Assembly (NCBI GenBank): GCA_041395165.1
Contig: JAWLBA010000001.1
Coordinates: forward strand, 328,068-392,067
Length of the DNA: 64,000 bases
From: Verrucomicrobiia bacterium
GTDB taxonomy: Bacteria; Verrucomicrobiota; Verrucomicrobiia; JADLBR01; JAIBCM01
Reading direction: 5' to 3'
Of this stretch, positions 48,088 to 59,610 are shown piece by piece. Positions within the stretch are counted from its first letter, which is position 1; each line of letters begins with the position of its first letter. The notes beneath the pieces were generated by a model. It worked only from the letters and a program-made list of their open reading frames with translations. It made no database searches and had not been told where the DNA came from. The position numbers and the translations under genes are program-made.

Positions 48088-48606
48088 ATGAATAAAATTT
48101 ATTTCAGCCTTTTTCTCTTTTTAATTTTGTCTCAACTTCAGGGACAAGTTTTAAGCCCCAACGTTTTAGCGAATGGTGATTTTACTAAGGGTAAAGCAGG
48201 TTGGCAAGGCGAGGGAAGAATAGTCAAAATAAAAGAGGGCAAAGAAAATACAGAAGGCAATCCTGCTCTGGTTATTAATTTAGACAAAAAGAAAGAACAA
48301 AGTTTTCATTGTTTGGCGGAGATTCCTAAAGGCACAAAATCAGTTAAACTTAGTTTTAAAATATTAACGAGTGAAGATTATGAAGTTCAAGAATCGCAGC
48401 CACTCATTACTATTCTCCGAGCAGGCACAGCCCAATATGATGCTTTGATTCGCCGGCAAGCTTTGGAAAAGCAAGTAGAATGGCAGGAAAAACGCGCTTC
48501 TATTTCGCCTATTGCAACTGAGCGCATGGGAATTGTAGTCACCATTCGTCCGGGTAAAGGCAAGGTTTACTTCGATGATTTAGTGGCAGAAGCCAGGGCA
48601 GATTAA
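48088..48606 (+). CDS. small secreted protein; paralogue 2 of the 47515 gene
   Basis: MNKIYFSLFLFLILSQLQG, then NVLANGDFTKGKAGWQGEG and GKVYFDDLVAE. The architecture matches the upstream gene. Confidence 0.45.
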   Translation: MNKIYFSLFLFLILSQLQGQVLSPNVLANGDFTKGKAGWQGEGRIVKIKEGKENTEGNPALVINLDKKKEQSFHCLAEIPKGTKSVKLSFKILTSEDYEVQESQPLITILRAGTAQYDALIRRQALEKQVEWQEKRASISPIATERMGIVVTIRPGKGKVYFDDLVAEARAD

Positions 48607-49673
48607 TCGCCACGACAAATTTCCAGTGCGCGTTGACAATCGGGAAGCGTGACTTGATCCGAGACAAAAGCGGAACCTAACCCCGAAGTTAAAACAAATC
48701 GAATTTTGCCCTCCTTGAATTTTTTATCGCGTTGTAAAAGTTCTATCGTTTCAGTAACATCCAGATCGGGGTGTCGAATCGGTAGTTGATATTGTGCGAG
48801 AAGTTGAGTGATGCGATTGGCTTCTTCCGATAAAAGATCGGCGTGTTTCATGCTGAGATAACTTGCACCGACCATGCCTAAGCTAATGGCTTCGCCATGT
48901 AACAGTCCGCCAAAACCGGCTTGCGCTTCAATCGCGTGACCTAGTGTGTGACCAAAGTTTAACAAGGCTCGCACGTCTTTGGTTTCGAATTCGTCTTCTT
49001 CCACAATGCGCGCTTTGATTTCGCAACAACGTTTAATGATAGGTGTCCAATCTTGGGGCATGCCTTTTTCTAACTTTTCAAAAAGCGCCGCATTCCGAAT
49101 AATGCCATATTTAATAATTTCCGCTGTTGAGGCGTAGAGTTGTCGAAGTGGCAGGGTCTTTAAAACGTTCGGATCGATCAAAACGAGAGAGGGTTGATGA
49201 AACGTGCCTACGAGATTTTTGCCTTCTGGCAGGTTGATCCCAGTTTTCCCACCAACCGAGCTATCGACCATGGCCAAGAGAGTCGTGGGAATTTGCACGA
49301 GCGGAATACCGCGCATGTAAAGACTCGCGATGAGTCCCGCCGCATCGCCAATCGCGCCTCCGCCTAGAGCAACAATAAAAGAATGACGATCCAAATTTAA
49401 TTTGGCGAGTTCCGATAAAACGCGACCCACTTCTGACCAGCTTTTGGAAAGTTCGCCATCGCTCATGGTGATGAGATGGCTCGAAATATTTTGAGAGCTG
49501 AGCGATTGCAAAAGCGGTTCCGCATAGTATTGCGCGACTTCTGCTGAGGACAAAATTGCAGCTTTTTTTCCACCAATTCGAGAAGCAATCATTTCACCTG
49601 CTCGCGACAAAAGTCCTGCTTCGATCTGAATCGAATAACTTCGCGAATCTAAAGCGACTTCTACGTTTTCCAT
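48603..49673 (-). CDS. aroB: 3-dehydroquinate synthase
   Basis: GGGAIGDAAG, the VDSSVGGKTGIN motif and the metal-binding motifs HTLGHAIE and HGEAISLGM. Confidence 0.92.
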   Translation of the reverse strand: MENVEVALDSRSYSIQIEAGLLSRAGEMIASRIGGKKAAILSSAEVAQYYAEPLLQSLSSQNISSHLITMSDGELSKSWSEVGRVLSELAKLNLDRHSFIVALGGGAIGDAAGLIASLYMRGIPLVQIPTTLLAMVDSSVGGKTGINLPEGKNLVGTFHQPSLVLIDPNVLKTLPLRQLYASTAEIIKYGIIRNAALFEKLEKGMPQDWTPIIKRCCEIKARIVEEDEFETKDVRALLNFGHTLGHAIEAQAGFGGLLHGEAISLGMVGASYLSMKHADLLSEEANRITQLLAQYQLPIRHPDLDVTETIELLQRDKKFKEGKIRFVLTSGLGSAFVSDQVTLPDCQRALEICRGD

Positions 49674-49684
49674 TTTTAATGATG

Positions 49685-50002
49685 TTAAAGATTAAGTCTT
49701 AGCTTTAGCTTTTGACGCACTAAAGAAAATTCCATTTCGTTTAATTGGCCAAGCTTTTTTAGAAAAACGCTTCGTGACAAGGTTTGAATTTGTTGCAAGT
49801 GAAATGCGCCTTCTTTTAAAAAAGGTTTTTGGATTTTTAATTCCCAAGGATTATTGCGGAGGCTTGTGGTGTGGGCGAGGACTGTATAAAGATCCAACTC
49901 TTGATCCGAGGGACATGATGTTAAAACCAAAACCGGCCGCACTTTGCCGGTCATGCCCAAATCCACACGCCAAACTTCAGCGATTTGAGGTTTTTCCAGC
50001 AT
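49685..50002 (-). CDS. PemK/MazF-family type II toxin
   Basis: AEVWRVDLGMTGKVRPVLVLT matches the MazF N-terminal pattern. A small upstream partner gene overlaps it. Confidence 0.65.
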   Translation of the reverse strand: MLEKPQIAEVWRVDLGMTGKVRPVLVLTSCPSDQELDLYTVLAHTTSLRNNPWELKIQKPFLKEGAFHLQQIQTLSRSVFLKKLGQLNEMEFSLVRQKLKLRLNL

Positions 50003-50162
50003 CCTGTGCTTCTAAATGATCTAAAAGAGAAAAACTTTGTCGTGCCGCTTCATGACAAAAGGCAATATCTTCACTATCCCATTCTAAAGCTAAAATGGCT
50101 AATTTTTGCCTTTCCTCAGGCGATAACTTCGGTAATTCAGCAACCATTTCGTTGAAACTCAT
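49977..50162 (-). CDS. putative antitoxin (addiction-module-component-like)
   Basis: A 61-aa protein with LPKLSPEERQKLAILALEW. Its stop overlaps the toxin start by 26 nt. Confidence 0.5.
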   Translation of the reverse strand: MSFNEMVAELPKLSPEERQKLAILALEWDSEDIAFCHEAARQSFSLLDHLEAQDAGKTSNR

Positions 50163-50304
50163 ACTTTAATATAGAAGACATATTATTTTTCTACAAGATT
50201 TAATACTGCATTCGAATAACCTCTCGAACCTCCACTGGTTCCATCGCTCACTAGCCAACATACAACATCAAACATCACGAAGTAGAAAGCCAGAAGTAGA
50301 TGAG

Positions 50305-51558
50305 TTAGGGAGTGGGAGCAGGAGTTTGTTGAATAGTTTGAGTGGGTTGTGGAAGATCTTGAAGAATGGGATTAGCTAAAATGGCGTCGATTTGGTCTTG
50401 AGTTAGCGAGATGACATGATTGCCTACAGAGTGAGGGCTTTTCCCGTCAGAGTTATCTTCCATTAAATTCTGAACAACAGAATCTTTGGGGGAAGTGACG
50501 TGGCCCTGATTATCGTGATTGGTAGGGGATCTTCCGGTTTGTTTATTATATGTGAGATGATGAACCACTTCATGAGTGATGGTGTGCTTATTAGCGTTGT
50601 GTACAATGAAAGAGGTATTACTGTTATTATTAACAAAGGCTCTTCCCACTGCTGTTTCTTCAAGGTCGACAGTATAATCTCCAACAGGAACAAAGCGAAG
50701 CCCTTGAAAATCGGGATCATTATTAGCTGTGATTCCAGTTAAGAGTGTCTGTTGTGCGAGGGTTAATTTTTTGCTAGTATCAATATGAAGCGGATGATCC
50801 AAAATAACGGTGGGTTCAGCTTTCACTAAAATTCCGTAAGGAGCTAAGTCTTTTTGAAGTTGTGTTATTTGTTTGTCCGCCCATTTTTGATCGGTAACGG
50901 GTTGGCCGTTATTATCTTTGTAAACATAAAATTTGACTGGCAATACTTTTTTAATGGGAACTTCTGCTGAAACTGTTTTTTTGCCGTAAGAAATCGAAAC
51001 TCGATCACCAGGCATAGCGAGAACAGTTGGATCACCTGGTTTTTTATCGGCAATGCCATGGGCAGCATATTGATCGACTTCAGGATAAGAAGTCAGCATA
51101 AGAGAGGCTGAACGATAAAGACCGGGTTGACCTTCAACCGGATAAAGAAACACGGTAGTGGAGTCTTTGGTTTGATTGGAATTAGCACTTTGAGTCTTGA
51201 GTTTAGCTCGAACAGGTTTATCTGTGCTTAAAGAAGGGTCATAAATTTGAACGTGAAACCGATCAGAAGAAAGAGCGGGGTCAACATTTTCGGCAACATA
51301 ATTTTTAGGAATAAAACTAATACGCTGCCCATCAATTTTTATATTTAAATTCTCAAACTTTTCAATTCTAAGTGTTTGGGAACGATATCGGTAAGGATTT
51401 TTAGGGTCTTGTGTCAAAGTGAGAGTAAAGGGCTTGCCATGAACCTTAGGATCATAAGAATCGACTTCTATTGTTCTGATTAGCTTGCCTTGTCTTAAAC
51501 TTGCCATGTTCTGGGCTTCTTCCGAGTCGTGTTCTTTTAAAAATTTCTTTTCTTGCAC
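50305..51558 (-). CDS. HExxH-motif protein (putative zinc metallopeptidase domain); possibly the C-terminal part of a longer interrupted gene
   Basis: ITHEVVHHLTY near the C-terminus. The ORF begins at a GTG that is in the same frame as the upstream 138-aa ORF. Confidence 0.45.
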   Translation of the reverse strand: MQEKKFLKEHDSEEAQNMASLRQGKLIRTIEVDSYDPKVHGKPFTLTLTQDPKNPYRYRSQTLRIEKFENLNIKIDGQRISFIPKNYVAENVDPALSSDRFHVQIYDPSLSTDKPVRAKLKTQSANSNQTKDSTTVFLYPVEGQPGLYRSASLMLTSYPEVDQYAAHGIADKKPGDPTVLAMPGDRVSISYGKKTVSAEVPIKKVLPVKFYVYKDNNGQPVTDQKWADKQITQLQKDLAPYGILVKAEPTVILDHPLHIDTSKKLTLAQQTLLTGITANNDPDFQGLRFVPVGDYTVDLEETAVGRAFVNNNSNTSFIVHNANKHTITHEVVHHLTYNKQTGRSPTNHDNQGHVTSPKDSVVQNLMEDNSDGKSPHSVGNHVISLTQDQIDAILANPILQDLPQPTQTIQQTPAPTP

Positions 51559-51618
51559 GGGTGAGCTCGAGGCAAATTCTAGAGATTGATGGTTCTTTAT
51601 TTTGGGAACAAAATTGAA

Positions 51619-52035
51619 TTAGAGTTCGATTTTTTTATGGTTTGTTATGGTGTCTAAAATGAAGCTGGGAGAAAGGGAATGCAAATTTACTGACTCATCG
51701 GTCACAGTATCTCGAAAAGCGATTTCCGCATACAAAGGAAGTTTAGGATTTTCTGATGCTTGAATATCCTGAGGTATTAGTCTACCGAGTTCAAAATGTA
51801 AGCTAAGAGTAGTTAGAGTGTTGTAACCGTCGTAAACCCAAGCAATCTCTTGAGCTTCTGGACTTAAATATCCTGATTCTGGAACTAAACTGGAATCCCC
51901 TGGGGAAATATTTATCGTGTTAATGGGATTAAAATTTTTATCGACAAATTCAACTCTAAGCTGATTTGCAGCTTGTTGATCAAAAGCTGTCTTTAATCGT
52001 CCGCCCCGCTTTTTTGCTAAATCATCTTTGCCCAT
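51619..52035 (-). CDS. hypothetical protein, in frame with the downstream HExxH ORF
   Basis: A 138-aa ORF ending in TAA. Twenty sense codons (FNFVPKIKNHQSLEFASSSP) link it in frame to the GTG of the next ORF. Confidence 0.4.
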   Translation of the reverse strand: MGKDDLAKKRGGRLKTAFDQQAANQLRVEFVDKNFNPINTINISPGDSSLVPESGYLSPEAQEIAWVYDGYNTLTTLSLHFELGRLIPQDIQASENPKLPLYAEIAFRDTVTDESVNLHSLSPSFILDTITNHKKIEL

Positions 52036-52163
52036 ATCAATAATTTAATACTAAAATCGAGAAATTAGCTTTTGTCAAATGCTTGTTAGGCGTTATTAAC
52101 TAAGGGGTTTTCGTTTGTCACCTGACAGATTGACTTGGGGGGATCTATGCTCTTTTTCATGTC

Positions 52164-52193
52164 ATCCTCGTCCCGCCTAGGCGGGACGAGGAT
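52164..52193. repeat. perfect 30-bp palindrome (REP-like element)
   Basis: ATCCTCGTCCCGCC-TA-GGCGGGACGAGGAT. A nearby hairpin, ATTCCCGA-TCGAG-TCGGGAAT, lies at 52216-52236. The 10-mer GTCATCCTCG (52161-52170) recurs inverted as CGAGGATGAC (52311-52320). Confidence 0.7.
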
Positions 52194-52526
52194 CCAGAGC
52201 AATAAAGAAATGCGGATTCCCGATCGAGTCGGGAATGACAAGAGGTGTAGTTGGTGTTGTATGATAGCACTTAGCGTTCTTTGGCACTTCGGACAATTAT
52301 GGGTCAAGCCCGAGGATGACAGCGTTCAGTGGTGTGTGTTTAGTATTTCAGGGGTATAGTTGACATTTTTCTGTAAGCTCGATGATGATAAAAACGGGTA
52401 TTGGCCTCCTGTGTTTTAGAAAAATGGTTATGACTGCGTCAAAATGTCTCGATTTGTGTGTCATGTCATCTCGCTATGGCAGTTTTTTGCTAAAAATAAG
52501 GGCAATAAGCCTAGGTGAATTTGATT

Positions 52527-52542
52527 TGGCATGGAAATTGCT
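52527..52542 (+). promoter_or_regulatory. sigma54-like -24/-12 motif upstream of dnaK
   Basis: TGGCATGGAAATTGCT has GG and GC separated by the canonical 10 nt. It starts exactly 27 nt before the dnaK ATG. Confidence 0.35.
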
Positions 52543-52544
52543 AA

Positions 52545-54488
<1,944 letters not shown>

Positions 54489-54530
54489 TTTTTCAAAAAA
54501 ATCAAAAACACTTAACGAAAGGAAGATACT

Positions 54531-54827
54531 ATGGCAAAACCAAACATTAAACCAATCGGAGATCGGGTGCTAGTGCAGCCGGTTGAAGAAAAGGAAACTA
54601 AAAAAGGCGGAATTATTATTCCCGATTCTGCTAAAGAAAAACCAACCGAAGGCAAAATTGTTGCTCTCGGAACCGGGAAACTTGATGAAAGCGGAAAGAA
54701 AATTCCATTTGAAGTCAAAGTTGGCGACACTGTGTTAATCAGCAAATATGGTGGCACAGAAGTGAAATTTGATGATGTGAATTATCTCATCATGCGTGAA
54801 GATGATATTTTAGGCATCGTGGCGTAA
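54531..54827 (+). CDS. groES: co-chaperonin GroES
   Basis: The 98-aa sequence [33 protein letters not shown] is a typical GroES. Confidence 0.97.
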   Translation: MAKPNIKPIGDRVLVQPVEEKETKKGGIIIPDSAKEKPTEGKIVALGTGKLDESGKKIPFEVKVGDTVLISKYGGTEVKFDDVNYLIMREDDILGIVA

Positions 54828-54849
54828 GTAAAGTTAAACAAAGGAGTAA

Positions 54850-56490
<1,641 letters not shown>

Positions 56491-56520
56491 GAAAATTTTA
56501 CCTTTAGGTAAAAAGGAGAA

Positions 56521-56552
56521 AGAGCGGATTTTTCAAATCCGCTCTTTTCTTT
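56521..56552 (+). terminator. rho-independent terminator after groEL
   Basis: AGAGCGGATT-tttca-AATCCGCTCT followed by a T-rich tail. Confidence 0.7.
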
Positions 56553-56600
56553 AATACAATTAGTAAGATTTTTTAGGGAAATCTAGAAGTCAATAAATGT

Positions 56601-57557
56601 TTAAAAATGTTTGACAACGCCGACACCAACCGAAGGTTCTAATTTTTCTGTGGTGCCATTCCTAATGTAGCCTCCTTTGATAAAGGTTTCCATGTCTTTT
56701 ATTTTATAATCGAGTTTTCCCGTGATTTCATTGGTTCGACCTTTGTTAATATCGTAGATATGTTCAATAGCCATATTAAAACTTTTGTTAGGATTTTTTA
56801 TGAAATTTACATTAGCAGTCTGAGTTGTATTCCAAGAATCTCCAGGGCCTGGTGGATTGGAATATTTAAGTTTTCCGGCAAAATCCCAAACATCATTTGG
56901 TTTATATTTGCCTTCAATAGTATTTTCAATGGTATTGCCTTTTTCTTCGTTAGTTTTAAATCCTGTTGAGTTTTTTACTGTCCATTCATCAGAAAATTTG
57001 CGTTCACCATCCAATTTGAAATCAGCTTCTTTCCCTATAAAACTATAACCTGCCGAACCGCTAATTTTTGTTTCTTTATCGATTTGCCAACTTGCATTAA
57101 CATTCGTGTTATCAGTAACAGTGCCTTTGGCTTGATCAAAGGCTAATTTTTCTCCAACGCCAATTTTGACATCGGGAGAAGCGGCATAAGTAGCCTGTCC
57201 ATCTAGCTTAACTTGTTGCTTTCCTGAATCAAAGGCCGCGGAACCAATAACTTCAGCTTTAGGAGTTATTTTATCCGTGGCTTTAATGGAACCATACCCT
57301 GAAATTTCAGCATCCTTGCTGTAGTTAAGCTTTTTGCCTCCTTCAACTTCTACTTTGGTATCGCCAGAGGTCGAAACGCTTTTCCAGCCGGTTTTAATTT
57401 CTTTGTCTTTAGGATTAACATCAACCGAGGGAGTTGTTGTGGGTTTATCTGATTGAGGCGGTTTTGGAATATCTTGTGATTTTGTTTCTTCTGCTTTTGC
57501 TTGTTTATCTTTATCTTCTTCCATACTTACCTCGTTTGCTAAGATTGGTGTAAACAA
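56601..57557 (-). CDS. beta-strand-rich hypothetical protein with an OMP-like C-terminal Phe
   Basis: Alternating hydrophilic and hydrophobic short strands ending ...VGVGVVKHF. The N-terminus is acidic and Lys-rich with no visible signal peptide. Confidence 0.4.
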   Translation of the reverse strand: MFTPILANEVSMEEDKDKQAKAEETKSQDIPKPPQSDKPTTTPSVDVNPKDKEIKTGWKSVSTSGDTKVEVEGGKKLNYSKDAEISGYGSIKATDKITPKAEVIGSAAFDSGKQQVKLDGQATYAASPDVKIGVGEKLAFDQAKGTVTDNTNVNASWQIDKETKISGSAGYSFIGKEADFKLDGERKFSDEWTVKNSTGFKTNEEKGNTIENTIEGKYKPNDVWDFAGKLKYSNPPGPGDSWNTTQTANVNFIKNPNKSFNMAIEHIYDINKGRTNEITGKLDYKIKDMETFIKGGYIRNGTTEKLEPSVGVGVVKHF

Positions 57558-57711
57558 CTTTATAAAAAAATATTAACGAAGATATCGAGAAATTCAATAC
57601 ATTTTGATCTATGTTGAACGGAATTTGATAAAAAGATGAATATTTAAAATTTTTATGATGATTTTAATATTTAAAAGGTGTGATTTTGTGCTTTAATTTT
57701 TATTTAACTTA

Positions 57712-59598
57712 ATGAAAGAAAGTGATTTAGCCTACGAAGAGCTAAGAAAGCGTTATTTGGAGAAAATTTCAAAGCTACGCAAAATTCAGAATCGCTATGA
57801 AGCTGTTGTAAAGAGTCCCGCATATAAATTGGGACTCTTTTTATTAAAGCCATTTTATTTTATTCAAAGGACTTATCAACGATTGGTTAACTCTTTCCTC
57901 AAAAGAATCTATTCCAAATTTCAAAGACCGTTTACTCGCGTTAGTGCTACATCCGGAACCTATCATCGTTGGTGGCTGAAACATCAACCCACTTTGTTGG
58001 AACTGGCACGTTACGAAAAAGAGTCGCGGCACTTTTCTTATCGGCCGAAAATAAGCATTCTTTTGCCAGTTTATCGGACGCCTATCCAGGATTTGAGAGC
58101 GGCTTTAAATTCGGTGCATCATCAAATCTATGATAATTGGGAATTGGTCATTGTGGATGATGCTTCGGAGGATGAAAAATTGTCTCAGGAGTTAAAGTTA
58201 TGGCTAGAGAAAGAGTCACGGTTCCGTTTAGAAAACTTGGAAAAAAATGCAGGAATTGCACAAGCCTCGCAACAGGCGCTTAATTTGGCAACGGGAGAAT
58301 TTATTGGATTATTGGATCATGATGATGTGCTCGAGCCACATGCATTGTATGAAGTTGTGAAATTGCTTAATCGCGAGTCGAGGGCGGATATCATTTATTC
58401 GGACGAAGATAAAATTAATGAACAAAATGAATTAGAAAAACCGCATTGGAAACCCGATTGGTCACCGGACACTTTGCTTTCCTGTAATTATCTTTGTCAT
58501 TTTACGGTGTTGCGAAAAAGTTTACTAAACGAAATAGAAGGATTTCGTAGCGGCTTTGATGGCGCACAAGATTACGATCTTTTTTTAAGGGCCACGGAAA
58601 AAACTTCTCAAATTTTTCATATTCCAAAAATTCTTTATCATTGGCGCATTAGCCCTAATTCAACTGCGAGTGACGCCGAATCTAAACCTTATGCTGCGTT
58701 GGCAGGCCAACGCGCTTTAACTGAAGCTTGTGCGAGAAGACAAATTGCGTGCAACGTGGAAATTGATTTTGGAACGGTTTATCGCGTGCGTCGAGAGGTG
58801 AGTCCTTTAAAAAAAATCGTGATCATTATTCCTATGCGAGATGGTGTGGCGTTAACGCGCCGATGCGTGGAAAGTTTAACGCAAAAAACCAATTATCCGA
58901 ATTACGAAATTGTGATTGTAGATAATGGAAGTGAAACAACCGAAGCGAAGCAGTGGTTAAAGGGCGTTCCTCATCGTGTCTTGCACTATGAAAAGCCGTT
59001 TAATTATTCAGCCATTAATAACTATGCAGTGGAACAAACTGATGGTGAGTGGTTGCTTTTTCTAAATAATGACACGGAAATTATCGATCCCGATTGGTTA
59101 ATGGCGATGGCGGAACAAGTTCAACGACCAGAAATCGGTGCAGTGGGGGCGCAACTTTTATTTCCTAATGGCACGATTCAGCATGCGGGAATTGTATTAG
59201 GTTTGGCGGGTGCGGCGAATCATCCCTTTGCTCAGGAAAAACCAAACTATGCTCGAGAAATTCGTATGATTCGTAATTGGAGTGCTGTGACGGGAGCTTG
59301 TTTGATGATGCGTCGTGAAGTATTTCAAAAGGTGGGAGGATTTGATGCGCAGAATTTTCCCATTCATTATAGTGATGTCGATTTGTGTTTGCGTATCAGG
59401 CAAGCGGGCTATTGGATTGTCTACACGCCTTATGCAAGATTAATGCATCATGAATCGGCCTCACGCGGTTATGGTGCTTTAAAAAATATTTCGCAGGGAT
59501 TTATTCAAAAATGGCAAGCGCTAGTTGAAAATGATCCTTTTTATAATCCCAATTTATCCCGACAAAAACTGGATTGGAGTTTAAAAGAGAACGAGTAG
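57712..59598 (+). CDS. glycosyltransferase with two tandem GT2 domains
   Basis: ISILLPVYRT...ELVIVDDASED and IVIIIPMRDG...EIVIVDNGSE, each followed by a DxD-type motif (LDHDD and LNNDT). Confidence 0.8.
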   Translation: MKESDLAYEELRKRYLEKISKLRKIQNRYEAVVKSPAYKLGLFLLKPFYFIQRTYQRLVNSFLKRIYSKFQRPFTRVSATSGTYHRWWLKHQPTLLELARYEKESRHFSYRPKISILLPVYRTPIQDLRAALNSVHHQIYDNWELVIVDDASEDEKLSQELKLWLEKESRFRLENLEKNAGIAQASQQALNLATGEFIGLLDHDDVLEPHALYEVVKLLNRESRADIIYSDEDKINEQNELEKPHWKPDWSPDTLLSCNYLCHFTVLRKSLLNEIEGFRSGFDGAQDYDLFLRATEKTSQIFHIPKILYHWRISPNSTASDAESKPYAALAGQRALTEACARRQIACNVEIDFGTVYRVRREVSPLKKIVIIIPMRDGVALTRRCVESLTQKTNYPNYEIVIVDNGSETTEAKQWLKGVPHRVLHYEKPFNYSAINNYAVEQTDGEWLLFLNNDTEIIDPDWLMAMAEQVQRPEIGAVGAQLLFPNGTIQHAGIVLGLAGAANHPFAQEKPNYAREIRMIRNWSAVTGACLMMRREVFQKVGGFDAQNFPIHYSDVDLCLRIRQAGYWIVYTPYARLMHHESASRGYGALKNISQGFIQKWQALVENDPFYNPNLSRQKLDWSLKENE

Positions 59599-59610
59599 GA
59601 TATATTTTTC

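Noticed and set aside
52086-52359. Two overlapping 73-74-aa ORFs on opposite strands upstream of dnaK.
   Set aside because: Both are read-throughs of REP-like palindromes, giving peptides such as SSSRLGGTRIQ and KPEDD. They are repeat artefacts, not genes.
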